Notes: generated from the letters alone by a model not told the origin. Shown: positions 12,314-21,847, numbered from the stretch's first letter. The stretch: DNA of 64,000 bases from Cyanobacteria bacterium P01_A01_bin.123 (GCA_039815185.1 JBCBZT010000008.1:128001-192000), one strand, 5' to 3'. Made by a program: numbers and translations.

Positions 12314-12664
12314 ATGGCACGTGTAAAACGCGGCAATGTTGCTCGTAAGCGCCGCAAAAAAGTACTCAAACTCGCAAAGGGCTTCCGGGGATCACACTCC
12401 AAGCTCTTCCGGACGGCAAATCAGCAGGTGATGAAAGCCCTGCGCTATGCTTATCGCGATCGCCGTAACCGCAAGCGTGATTTTCGGCGGCTATGGATTG
12501 CCCGCATCAATGCAGCGGCACGCGCTCATGGCATGAGCTACAGCCAGCTGATTGGAAAACTTAAGAAAGCCGATGTTCAACTCAACCGCAAGGTACTAGC
12601 TCAGATGGCAGTTCTTGACCCGGCAAGTTTTGGCAAAGTCGTTGAACTCGCCAGCAAAGCTTAG
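12314..12664 (+). CDS. rplT: 50S ribosomal protein L20
   Basis: MARVKRG...[15 protein letters not shown]. Confidence 0.99.
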   Translation: MARVKRGNVARKRRKKVLKLAKGFRGSHSKLFRTANQQVMKALRYAYRDRRNRKRDFRRLWIARINAAARAHGMSYSQLIGKLKKADVQLNRKVLAQMAVLDPASFGKVVELASKA

Positions 12665-12704
12665 GTCGAGACCTTTGTGAGACTAATGTCCCATCGGTTT
12701 GTTG

Positions 12705-13475
12705 ATGCTTAGGGCAATTCTTGGTTTTAGCTTGGTATTGGGGGTGCACTGTGTTGCACCCTCATTTGCTGTATCTGCTGAGCTCGACGAAATCGAACAG
12801 CGGGGATATCTAGTTGTCGCGGTTAAAGACAACTGGCGACCCTTGGGGTTTCGAGATGAAACTGGCACCCTGGTGGGGTTAGAAATTGATATTGCACGCC
12901 AACTGGCTATTGAGCTTTTTGGGGATCCCAATGCCGTTGAGCTCAAGCCCGTGAGCAATCTTGAACGGCTATCAGTGGTGCTTAACGATGAGGTCGATGT
13001 GGCAATCGCAGGGGTAACGATGACCGAAGCGCGATCGCGCCTGGTTAGCTTTAGCATTCCTTACTACCTAGATGGCACAGGCATCATCACCCGCAACCCG
13101 GAAATTCAGCACAACCAAGATTTACATGGACGGCGAATTGGGGTGTTAGAAAATTCCAGCGCGATCGCGCTGATGCGCTATTTCTATCCCAGTGCCACGC
13201 TAGTCAGCACCGACTCGTATCACCAAGCCCTCTCACAACTTGAAAATAGTCAGGCCGATGCATTTGCCGGGGACGTTAGTGTACTAGCCGGCTGGGTTCA
13301 GGAACACCCTGAATATAAAATTTTGCCTTCATTAGTCTCTGCGGAACCTTTGGGAATTGTCATCCCCAAGGGCACTCAGTTCAGCCCCCTACGACGACAA
13401 ATCAATCAAAGTATTCAAAGCTGGATTGATAGTGGCTGGCTAGATGAGCGGGCTGATTATTGGGGTCTTCCTTGA
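12705..13475 (+). CDS. ABC-type amino acid substrate-binding protein (SBP family 3)
   Basis: signal peptide; GLEIDIARQLA, VDVAIAGVT.T..R, FSIPYY. Confidence 0.88.
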   Translation: MLRAILGFSLVLGVHCVAPSFAVSAELDEIEQRGYLVVAVKDNWRPLGFRDETGTLVGLEIDIARQLAIELFGDPNAVELKPVSNLERLSVVLNDEVDVAIAGVTMTEARSRLVSFSIPYYLDGTGIITRNPEIQHNQDLHGRRIGVLENSSAIALMRYFYPSATLVSTDSYHQALSQLENSQADAFAGDVSVLAGWVQEHPEYKILPSLVSAEPLGIVIPKGTQFSPLRRQINQSIQSWIDSGWLDERADYWGLP

Positions 13476-13686
13476 AGGCAATCGATTCGACTTTAAGCAT
13501 GACTTAATGGCTTATCTCGATAAAGCGTCAGAGGGCATGTCAATATGGACGCAGGTCAGTCACACCCGATTAAAAACTTGGCTAGGTCTGCAAGGTCTTA
13601 TGCTTTGTCCAAGAAAGCTTATCAATCAAAAAAGCTTATTGATCTGGATGTGGCCGGGGTTTATATCTTCCGTTTGAGCAGGGGTC

Positions 13687-14217
13687 ATGGAGAAAGGCAA
13701 CCTTTTAATCATCTATCTTGGAATTTTGCTCCTTCTGCTGGGCGTTGCAGCCTTTTTTGTAATTCGCCAGGTGTTCAAAACCCGACGCATTGAAAGCACT
13801 CTCTCGCGATTACAAAAAAAACTGACCAAAGAAAAAGGGACTGCCCGAGAGTATTACGAGTTGGGCAGTTTACTACTCGACAAAAAGCTTTACACCCAAT
13901 CAGCGCTTTACCTGCAACAAGCGTTGAAAAAGCTAGGGGATGATGAAGCGGTCAACGGGGCACTCGTCTATAACGCCTTGGGCTATACCTATTTTGCTCA
14001 AGAGCAATTTGACTTGGCCATTCGGAACTACAAAGAAGCCCTCAAAATTGCCCCAGACTACGTGACAGCACTCAACAATCTGGGGCACAGCTACGAGCGC
14101 AAACAGTTAGTCAGTCAAGCCCTGGAGTCCTACGAGGCGTCTCTTCAGCATGACCCTAACAACAAAACGGCAAAACGGCGGGCAGAGGCACTCAAAAAAA
14201 GATTAGTCGCCTCTTGA
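13687..14217 (+). CDS. ycf37: Ycf37-type TPR protein (PSI assembly)
   Basis: N-terminal TM followed by TPRs (VYNALGYTYF, ALNNLGHSYE); usual cyanobacterial position after rplT. Confidence 0.8.
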   Translation: MEKGNLLIIYLGILLLLLGVAAFFVIRQVFKTRRIESTLSRLQKKLTKEKGTAREYYELGSLLLDKKLYTQSALYLQQALKKLGDDEAVNGALVYNALGYTYFAQEQFDLAIRNYKEALKIAPDYVTALNNLGHSYERKQLVSQALESYEASLQHDPNNKTAKRRAEALKKRLVAS

Positions 14218-14229
14218 GTTCCCCATAGA

Positions 14230-14380
14230 CATAAGAATACGTCAGACGAGCATTTCGATCAGAGCTGAGCGTGCTTCGAATCGCCTGATATCCTTGCCAA
14301 TTAAGCGATCGTAAAACAACGCGCCGTTCACCAATTGGCTGCGGAACTGGCTGTTTAATCAAAGGATGTGCAGTAACCAT
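14230..14380 (-). pseudogene. N-terminal remnant of a Uma2-family (DUF820) endonuclease
   Basis: ERRVVLRSLNWQGYQAI...RNARLTY matches the Uma2 N-terminus; the catalytic PD-(D/E)xK part is absent and the frame runs into ycf37. Confidence 0.7.
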
Positions 14381-14439
14381 GGCAGAGCGTCATCACAGGG
14401 ATCGAGGAAACGTAGGCATGTCGCTACGCGTTAGCGTCA

Positions 14440-15306
14440 TCAAACACAAGCTGGCTCTTGAACTGCTGCCGTACTTGTGGGTTGCGGGATGGGAGTACAA
14501 TACACCTCAGCCGAATTATTTGGGCTTTCAATCAGCTTTACTTTATGCAGGTTTGCGCCAGTCTGCTGAATCGGAGCTTGAAGCAGGTCGCGGATGTGGA
14601 TAGCAATATTTTCTGCAGTGGGAACGACTGCGGCAAAATAGGCAATATCTTTGTTGAGGAAGGTGTGGTCAAAGGGTTCAACCACTCGATCATCCACAAT
14701 CTGTTGCAACTCGCCTAGGTCAGCGATCATGCCTGTACGTGGGTCGATTTCACCTTTTACCGTGATTTCTAAGTGGTAATTATGGCCATGGCCGTGGGGG
14801 CGGGCGCATTTGCCATAGATTTCGCAGTTTTCCTCATAGCTAAGACTCGGTAAAGCGAGGCGGTGGGCAGCGCTAAAGTGGGTGCTGAGGGTGAGATAAG
14901 CTTCCATGTTGTTTCCTTCGTACTCGGCCCAAAGTTCGGGGTGTTCAAACAGTTGAATTTTAGTCAGGGGCAGATGGGGAACTAATCGCTGCCAGATCAC
15001 CCGCGCCATATTTTCGGTGGTGGGTAAGGCTTGCTGAAATTCTGGCCAAGCATCATTTAAGTAAGAAAAATCAAGCTGCTGCGTTACGGCTTGCTTGATC
15101 ACGCGTTTCACGTCAGACAAATTGAGCACCATACCGTAGGCGTCCAATTCTCCCACCATGGAAACGTACAAGACATAGTTATGACCATGGCCCGGTGAAC
15201 GGGCACACAAGCCAAATTTTTGATGATTTTCGGCCTCGCTTAATTCAGGGAGCCAATACCGATGACTCGCCGAAAACTGGGCCCGCCGATTGATGATGCA
15301 TTGCAT
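14440..15306 (-). CDS. 6-pyruvoyl-tetrahydropterin / 6-carboxytetrahydropterin synthase, two tandem domains
   Basis: two FSA.HR...C.....GHGHNY T-fold units. Confidence 0.92.
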   Translation of the reverse strand: MQCIINRRAQFSASHRYWLPELSEAENHQKFGLCARSPGHGHNYVLYVSMVGELDAYGMVLNLSDVKRVIKQAVTQQLDFSYLNDAWPEFQQALPTTENMARVIWQRLVPHLPLTKIQLFEHPELWAEYEGNNMEAYLTLSTHFSAAHRLALPSLSYEENCEIYGKCARPHGHGHNYHLEITVKGEIDPRTGMIADLGELQQIVDDRVVEPFDHTFLNKDIAYFAAVVPTAENIAIHIRDLLQAPIQQTGANLHKVKLIESPNNSAEVYCTPIPQPTSTAAVQEPACV

Positions 15307-15555
15307 GGCAACGATTGTGCTGTCTAAGGTTAAGTTGCGTAAAGCAACCTCTCTCAGGATAGACGATATCGATTTCGATCTGCCCTAATCTCAGCGGGCG
15401 ATCGCATTTAGCGTGGCCATAATGGGAGAAATTTTAAAGTTTTATGTTAATTATGAGATTTTTGGCGCTGCCAAAATCATAAAAACCCTTGCCCAAAGAG
15501 GATTTTGGGTAATCCATCCGTAAAATCACAGGGATTGCTGACAAACGAGCAAAAC

Positions 15556-15571
15556 TGTTAAATTGAATACA
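15556..15571 (+). promoter_or_regulatory. NtcA/CRP-family-like site (TGTT-N8-TACA) over the probable -10 region
   Basis: TGTTAAATTGAATACA; one mismatch to GTA-N8-TAC; just upstream of the riboswitch. Confidence 0.4.
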
Positions 15572-15580
15572 GAAACAAAC

Positions 15581-15665
15581 CGTTCATCTCAATTCATTCC
15601 CTTTGAGATTCAAACGAAGGGAGTACTTGAGACGGAAGTAAGGATTTCTCCTGAAGGAACGCGCC
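15581..15665 (+). ncRNA. glutamine riboswitch (glnA RNA motif, class I)
   Basis: CGTTCATCTC...GAGACGGAAGTA-AGGA/TCCT-GAAGGAACGCGCC; P1 CGTTC/GAACG, extended P2, E-loop; upstream of a DUF4278 gene. Confidence 0.9.
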
Positions 15666-15709
15666 TCAGCCAAAAACACCACTGACTGAAGCTTCTAGGA
15701 GGCGAATTC

Positions 15710-16129
15710 ATGAAACTTTGCTATCGCGGTAACGAATACGACTATAACCCGCCAGGGTTAGAAGTGACTGAAAGTGAAATTCTGTGTCAATATCGCGGTC
15801 GTCAGCTGCACTATTCTTACGTTGACCATATTCCGTTTCCACAATCTGTAGCCAACCTAAAATATCGCGGTGCAGCCTATCGCACCAATTCCATGGGTGA
15901 GGTAGAGATGACTAATCAACCCACAGAATCTATCTTTGCCAAACTCTCTAAACAGGCACTTAAAGTTAACTCAATGGCTGATGCGCGGCGTGCCCTTTTG
16001 CAAGAAGCCACCCGGGTTCACCGTGAAAACATTCAACGCAGTTTGATGCACCGTTTAGAAGTTGCGAAAGCCCAGGGTAATGAGGTGTTGGTTCATCAGT
16101 TAGAAGATGAAATGCATCAGATAGCCTAA
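15710..16129 (+). CDS. DUF4278 domain protein with PirA-like C-terminus
   Basis: three repeats of L.YRG..Y; C-terminal HRENIQRSLMHRLEVAKAQGN..L..QLE.E; GGAGG RBS. Confidence 0.85.
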   Translation: MKLCYRGNEYDYNPPGLEVTESEILCQYRGRQLHYSYVDHIPFPQSVANLKYRGAAYRTNSMGEVEMTNQPTESIFAKLSKQALKVNSMADARRALLQEATRVHRENIQRSLMHRLEVAKAQGNEVLVHQLEDEMHQIA

Positions 16130-16167
16130 GACCCTATTCAAATTTGTGCTGTAGCTGGAGTAGTGTT

Positions 16168-16193
16168 GGGACGCCTAAAGGCGTCCCTTTTTT
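16168..16193 (+). terminator. intrinsic terminator
   Basis: GGGACGCC-TAAA-GGCGTCCC followed by TTTTTT. Confidence 0.85.
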
Positions 16194-16215
16194 GTCTCTG
16201 TTCACGAAGTTTGAC

Positions 16216-17343
16216 TTAAATCCCACGCTGTAGCTGCTTTTGCAAGGGGGCGTCCGCAGCAATGGTCAGGCTGGGATAGGGTTGGGTTTCTGGCGAAAGC
16301 GTGCGGGTTGACCATTGAATCAGTCGACTCCCTTTAGGTAAACGGGTATTGCTGTCACCTTGAGTCAACCAAATCAGCGCATGGTTTGGAATTCCGTGGG
16401 TACCTGAGTCTGAGGGGTGGATCGCGGCCAAAGTTGTGAGGATAGCAATTTTTTCGCTCAACAGCCCTGTTCTGGCCGTCCAGATTTGAGTTGGAATGCT
16501 CACCCGCAGCGCATAGACATAGAGTGAGGCTAAGGCAATGACGGCTTGCTCAAACGCTTGGTTAGTCCAGCTTATGGTAGTATCGAGCCCCAGCGTTAGG
16601 GTTTGGCCACTGGTATGGTTTTCGAGTTCGCGGACGCGCAGTTCACCATAGCGAGCACTAGTCCGCCAATGGATCAGCCGGGTTGGATCCCCCCATCGGT
16701 AGGGGCGGAGGGCGCGGGTTAAGCCTTCGGTAGCTGACTGAGCCCGTTGATCTTGATGCCACAGATAACTGTCGTCTTTGCCCATTAGATCTAACAAGGG
16801 ACAGTTTGTCAGGGGCAAGATGGTGGGGTAAACCACAGCTTTAGCGATCGCAGCTTGATAGCGACTACTCCAAAACAGGCCCAGGGGGGCTGCAGTGCGT
16901 AACTGCACCTGCTGCCAGTGATAAATACCTCGTCGCTGGGTCGGGATTTCATAACGCCAGTGATGGATAGCGTTGGGTCTAATGGCTGCGATCGCCTGGG
17001 TTTGTATCTTCCCCAAGGTTGGGGGAAGATGATCGTGCACCTGAATCAGCGCCTTAGCCCGAGGGGTAGTATTTTCGATGGTTAGGTCAATCAACAGGGC
17101 ATCCCCAGCACTCACCGGGCGAATCGGTTGACGGCTGATTTTTAACCCTTGCAGGTTGCGGGGGGGCAATGTTGCCGCGATCGCCAGCAGTGCCAACATT
17201 ACCCCACTCATGACGTAGAGCCAGCCAGCCAAAGTGTTAGTGGCCGCCCCAAAGAAAAAGATGGCGATCGCCATCAGTAACCAACCGCTATAGGCTGGAG
17301 TAATCCAGCGGGTTTCGAGCCAGTGGGTAACGCGGTTGAACAT
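16216..17343 (-). CDS. DUF58 domain protein
   Basis: two N-terminal TMs; RRG...PLGLF, LRPYRWGD..RLIHWRTSAR. Confidence 0.9.
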   Translation of the reverse strand: MFNRVTHWLETRWITPAYSGWLLMAIAIFFFGAATNTLAGWLYVMSGVMLALLAIAATLPPRNLQGLKISRQPIRPVSAGDALLIDLTIENTTPRAKALIQVHDHLPPTLGKIQTQAIAAIRPNAIHHWRYEIPTQRRGIYHWQQVQLRTAAPLGLFWSSRYQAAIAKAVVYPTILPLTNCPLLDLMGKDDSYLWHQDQRAQSATEGLTRALRPYRWGDPTRLIHWRTSARYGELRVRELENHTSGQTLTLGLDTTISWTNQAFEQAVIALASLYVYALRVSIPTQIWTARTGLLSEKIAILTTLAAIHPSDSGTHGIPNHALIWLTQGDSNTRLPKGSRLIQWSTRTLSPETQPYPSLTIAADAPLQKQLQRGI

Positions 17344-17358
17344 GGCGTTTAGAAATTC

Positions 17359-17649
17359 CTACTTGCCACCGTAATAAAACGCGATTTCTTTTTCTTTTAG
17401 GGGTGCAAACCCAGCATCTAGCAGTTTTTGATTCAGGTCATCTTGGGCAATATGTTTTGCTCCAATGCGGACAATCCGCGATCGCATGGTGTTGCTTACC
17501 CCGCTGCGTTGACGATTCGCTTCTAACCCCATTACCTGCTGATACAGGGACAGCTTTTCGGCAGGAATGGGAGAACCATCGAGGTCAAGTCCTTGGGCGA
17601 TCGCCGTATCAACAGCATCAGCCCCTGTCGTGGTCGCATCAGTGCTCAT
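17359..17649 (-). CDS. DUF4090 family conserved cyanobacterial protein
   Basis: GLDLDGSPIP, EANRQRSGVSNTMRSRIVRIGAKH, LKEKEIAFYY. Confidence 0.8.
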   Translation of the reverse strand: MSTDATTTGADAVDTAIAQGLDLDGSPIPAEKLSLYQQVMGLEANRQRSGVSNTMRSRIVRIGAKHIAQDDLNQKLLDAGFAPLKEKEIAFYYGGK

Positions 17650-17784
17650 ATCAGTTCTTTCTCTCCTTACAGGATTGGCCAGCGGTAGACGTTAGCTCAA
17701 ATTGCACGGGAGCGACCAAGCAGTTGAGCTCGTCCCTAGAGCATTGTCTGTCATTTCGACAACGAAGGCTATTAGCGCGATCGC

Positions 17785-17800
17785 TATGACCTTTGTCATA
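17785..17800. promoter_or_regulatory. palindromic operator candidate TATGAC-N4-GTCATA
   Basis: perfect 6-4-6 inverted repeat plus an extra ATGACC half-site at 17808, upstream of the serine hydrolase. Confidence 0.45.
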
Positions 17801-17882
17801 AAATCCAATGACCTATCGCTATAGGAAGGACGCGCATCGTCTCGTTACCTTAGAAAGATAAGCCTATTTACTGGATTAAGAG

Positions 17883-19070
17883 ATGCCTGTGACGACCTCA
17901 ATCGCAGCTGAAATCGAATCTCTGATTACGCCTTGGATTGCCCCGAAAGAGCAGATCAACCTAGTCATCGGCATCATCCATGGGGAAGATCGCTGGACAA
18001 AAGGCTGGGGTTCATCGAATCAGCCTGATTCCAACTGTGCAGAGATTGATCCGCCCAATGAGAACACCCTATTTGAGATCGGCTCCATTACAAAAGTCTT
18101 TACCAGCACTCTCCTTGCCCTGCTGGTAGAACAGGGCAAGTTAGCCCTTAACACCCCCATCAATCAACTGGAGCCAATCTACCAAAAGCTACCTGACGCC
18201 GTAACTTTGCAGCGTTTAGCCACCCACACTTCTGGTCTACCGCGACTGCCCCACAATTTGCACAAGTCTCACCGCCAAGACCCTCAGAATCCTTACGCGG
18301 CCTATACCTTTACAGATTTAAACGAATATCTGCAAAGCCATGACGGCAAACCCGGTAAAACCGTTGGGAACATTAGCTACTCCAACTTAGCTGTGGGCAT
18401 CTTGGGCAATATTCTGGCAGAGCAGTTGGGTCAGACTTACGAAGAAGCTTTGGTTCAGCATATTTGTAACCCCCTAGGGTTGCGAGACACACGCATTACC
18501 CTAAGCGATAAACAACACGTTCGATTTGCCATGGGGTATTCAGAAGACGGGAAACCCGTTAAACCTTGGGACTTACCCACCCTTGCGGGGGCAGGTGCCC
18601 TGCGCTCCACCGCCCACGATTTACTCACATTTCTAGCTGCCAATCTCCAACCCGAACACACCCCGATCGCCCATGCTCTGCTCAATACCCACGAATTGAG
18701 GTGTGAAACATTTGCACCCACCACAGGTCTACATGGGTTGATAGAGCAGGTAGCCCACTGGATTCGGCGATCGCGTGGCCCCCTATTAACCCATCAAGAA
18801 CAAGGCATTGCCCTGGGATGGTTTGTTGAATACCTTCCAGCCATCGAACGATACGTCTATACCCATACAGGTGGCACAGGGGGATACCGATCGTTTTGTG
18901 GATTCATCAAAGATACCCAAACTGGGGTCGTGGTGCTATCTAATTATGGCGATCTCGCATCCAGCATGTTTGGACGATATTCTGTGGGCAGCATCGGGCT
19001 CAAAATCTTAGAACTGTTGAATTCTTATCCCCAAAATAAATCCCAGCAATTGCAAGAACTCAGTTTCTAA
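17883..19070 (+). CDS. serine hydrolase, beta-lactamase/AmpH-like family
   Basis: FEIGSITK (SxxK), LATHTSGLP, YSN, HTGGTGG. Confidence 0.9.
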   Translation: MPVTTSIAAEIESLITPWIAPKEQINLVIGIIHGEDRWTKGWGSSNQPDSNCAEIDPPNENTLFEIGSITKVFTSTLLALLVEQGKLALNTPINQLEPIYQKLPDAVTLQRLATHTSGLPRLPHNLHKSHRQDPQNPYAAYTFTDLNEYLQSHDGKPGKTVGNISYSNLAVGILGNILAEQLGQTYEEALVQHICNPLGLRDTRITLSDKQHVRFAMGYSEDGKPVKPWDLPTLAGAGALRSTAHDLLTFLAANLQPEHTPIAHALLNTHELRCETFAPTTGLHGLIEQVAHWIRRSRGPLLTHQEQGIALGWFVEYLPAIERYVYTHTGGTGGYRSFCGFIKDTQTGVVVLSNYGDLASSMFGRYSVGSIGLKILELLNSYPQNKSQQLQELSF

Positions 19071-19181
19071 ACATTATTAATACGATTTCCGAATATACCT
19101 TGGCCACATCCAGGTTCCTTGTTCTCTGATGAGGTAAAACTCTAGATTTGAAATCGGACGTAATTTATCTACTCATTAAAA

Positions 19182-19421
19182 ATGACAGAATCAAAATCAT
19201 ACACAATCAAAGCCACAGCTAAGAAAACAGGACTGCGGTTTGCAGGCGGTGCCGGAGCAGGACTGATTGCCTTTGCGCTCTTTGGTGGCATATGGCAAGT
19301 CAATCACTTTGGCTGGGTCATGACCATAACTGCTTTTTCTTTCGGTCTCTTAGCCGTCCTATTAGGTCAGAACTTCAAAAAGACGCTAACCGCTTTAATG
19401 GACAATGCTCCCTGGATTTAG
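19182..19421 (+). CDS. small membrane protein
   Basis: 79 aa, two hydrophobic helices, co-oriented with neighbours. Confidence 0.65.
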   Translation: MTESKSYTIKATAKKTGLRFAGGAGAGLIAFALFGGIWQVNHFGWVMTITAFSFGLLAVLLGQNFKKTLTALMDNAPWI

Positions 19422-19466
19422 TAAATCTATCCAATTTGAGGAATCGCTTACCAAGCGTAGTCGTTA

Positions 19467-19638
19467 GGCGTTGCTGAATAGCGGTACGATTTAGCCCCCC
19501 TAGTCCCCCAATTCTGGGAGGAATAAACCTTTCAAAGTCCCCCAGAATTGGGGGCTTAAAGCCCTCTGGGCATACATGAAGAGGGGGCAATACAGAGTAC
19601 ATCACTTTGGCAAATCCATCTCTCGGTTCAGCAACGCC
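19467..19638. mobile_element. MITE-like element with 12-bp terminal inverted repeats
   Basis: GGCGTTGCTGAA...TTCAGCAACGCC; internal CCCCCAATTCTGGG/CCCCCAGAATTGGGGG hairpin; second copy at 56941-57059. Confidence 0.8.
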
Positions 19639-19695
19639 GCCATTATTTCTCAAATCAGATGTTGCTTATTCAGCGAACCCAAATCATTCAACAAT

Positions 19696-21411
19696 ATGCA
19701 AATTAATCCTTGGTTCAACTCAGTGTTGGGCTTAACTTTGAGTCTAGGCATCGGCCTCAATACCCCGCTAATCGCCCCTGTCAATGCTCAAAACCAAACT
19801 GACAATTTTGCGGATGTTTCTGCCGATTACTGGGCCCATGATTACATTGAAGCACTCGTCGCCCTTGATATTCTTAACGGCTTTCCCGATGGTGCGTTTC
19901 GCCCCTACGAACCGCTAACCCGTGCCCAATTTGCGGCCATTTTGCAGCAGGCTTTCCTCGACTCAGAAACGTTTACTACAGCCTCATTTAACGATGTGCC
20001 ATCAAACTACTGGGCTACCGAGGCGATTAGTGCGGTCTATGCTGCCGATTTCCTAGTAGGCTATCCAGACAACAATTTCCGGCCAGAACAACCCATTTCA
20101 AGGGTAGAGGTGCTTGTCGCGCTAACCAACGGTTTGGACTACGCTGGGGGCGGCTCTGATGCGTTGTCCTATTACGATGATGCCAACACAATCCCAGACT
20201 ATGCCCGCCCCCATGTGGCAGCAGCAACTGAGGCCAACCTGGTGGTCAACTATCCGGTTTTGGCTCGACTCAACCCTAATCGCAATGCCACTCGTGCAGA
20301 GGTCGCCGCATTTATTTATCAGGCTTTGGTTCAGGAGGGTAACGCAGACGCATTGGCTGATACCCCCCATGTCGTTACGGAAACAGCCGCAGCTTGGCAG
20401 CCAGAACCCATTGCAACTCTTCCGCTCAGCGCCGAACAAATGGGTTTTAGCAGCTCGGGGCAGGAGTTAATCACACTCACGTCGGATAGAGATAAGCTGC
20501 AAGTCTGGAGCACACAAACGGGTGAACTACTGACAGAAATTATGGCCGACGAGGAGACTCGCTTTGAGGCGATCGCTATCAGTGCATCAGGCACACAGGT
20601 TGCGGCTATCGTGCAAACCTTAACGGCCAATGCCTTAGAACTGCGGCTCTGGAACCTTGAAACTGGCGAGCAACTTTGGCGGCAACCGCTGGGCACCGTC
20701 CAAAGCCAGTTTCGTCCTGAAGAAGCGTCCTTCCTTGACGCTCCCACTCAAATTGCCTTTCTCCCTAGCGATGAAGGGGTATTGACCCAGATTAGCTTAG
20801 GTTTTGGCCCTGCCGATGACCCAGCAGGCATTCAGCTGAGTATTCACGACACCTCAACCGGTGAAGTGTTACAAACTTTGGAGACAGCGCCTGAAGCCCC
20901 GCCTGTGAAACAGTTTGAGTTTAGCTCTGACGGTGAATTAGTGGCTGGTATCAGCTACACACCCTCAGGATTAGACTCCCGTTCGGATCAGCTTATTGAT
21001 ATATGGCAACTCAGCAATGGCGCACTTCTCCATCACATCAGGCCTGACGAAGATGATTTTTCGTTTATGGATATGGTGTTTACGCCAGATGGGGCACTCA
21101 AGGTATTTGCTCAGTACTTCTACGACATTCGTCTCGACACCTGGAACATGCGCTCAGGGGAGCGGATGGCCAGAATCACGACATTACCGGACATTGATCG
21201 CACCGATGGAATCAGCCGCCTTAGCCCAGATGGTGAATACTACTTCGTGCGGAGTGACGTAGCCGGCACTCGCCTCATCAACACCCAAACCCGAGTCGTC
21301 ACCTACCTCAACGTTTATGTCGATAGGGCAGCCATCTTTAACGCAACGGGAAACTATTTAGCCGTCACAAGTCGAGACGAGGTTCAAATCTTCTCTCAAG
21401 TCGATCAATAA
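19696..21411 (+). CDS. S-layer homology (3x SLH) plus WD40-like beta-propeller protein
   Basis: signal peptide; FADVSADYWA, TRAQFA, SRVEV, TRAEVA SLH repeats; FSSDG/LRLWN/IDIWQ propeller blades; start moved out of the MITE. Confidence 0.87.
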   Translation: MQINPWFNSVLGLTLSLGIGLNTPLIAPVNAQNQTDNFADVSADYWAHDYIEALVALDILNGFPDGAFRPYEPLTRAQFAAILQQAFLDSETFTTASFNDVPSNYWATEAISAVYAADFLVGYPDNNFRPEQPISRVEVLVALTNGLDYAGGGSDALSYYDDANTIPDYARPHVAAATEANLVVNYPVLARLNPNRNATRAEVAAFIYQALVQEGNADALADTPHVVTETAAAWQPEPIATLPLSAEQMGFSSSGQELITLTSDRDKLQVWSTQTGELLTEIMADEETRFEAIAISASGTQVAAIVQTLTANALELRLWNLETGEQLWRQPLGTVQSQFRPEEASFLDAPTQIAFLPSDEGVLTQISLGFGPADDPAGIQLSIHDTSTGEVLQTLETAPEAPPVKQFEFSSDGELVAGISYTPSGLDSRSDQLIDIWQLSNGALLHHIRPDEDDFSFMDMVFTPDGALKVFAQYFYDIRLDTWNMRSGERMARITTLPDIDRTDGISRLSPDGEYYFVRSDVAGTRLINTQTRVVTYLNVYVDRAAIFNATGNYLAVTSRDEVQIFSQVDQ

Positions 21412-21433
21412 ACACCGAGAAATTCAGTAGATA

Positions 21434-21847
21434 ATGCTAAGTTCTATCAATACACTTTGGATTCTAGCGCCAGCTTTTCTTATCATCACGGTTATCTTAT
21501 TGATTAATCGTCGCCGAATTAATCAAGATCCCCATATAGTGAAACGATCATTTCGCTTGTTGAAGCTTTATTTAATCTCAATCGGATCATTTACCGCGAT
21601 CGCTTGGCTAGTTGTATCCTCGTTTCCTGCAATACTCACCACCTTTGGTTATCCTGATACAGTTGAGAGCATTCAAACCACCGAACAGATTTTAGATTAT
21701 TTACAGCAGTATAATCGTGCTTTGACAACGACCATGAATGCTTTTAGTCTATTTCTCTTTGCATTTACAGTGTGGCTGCTCTCTTCAATCTATGAATTTG
21801 CTAAAACAATCACCCATGCGCTGATTGAAAAACAAAGTAGGCTTTAA
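21434..21847 (+). CDS. hypothetical membrane protein
   Basis: 137 aa, three hydrophobic segments. Confidence 0.65.
   Translation: MLSSINTLWILAPAFLIITVILLINRRRINQDPHIVKRSFRLLKLYLISIGSFTAIAWLVVSSFPAILTTFGYPDTVESIQTTEQILDYLQQYNRALTTTMNAFSLFLFAFTVWLLSSIYEFAKTITHALIEKQSRL

Noticed and set aside
19576..19695. N-terminal extension of the SLH protein in the ORF track
   Set aside because: Starts inside the MITE; the signal peptide begins at ATG 19696
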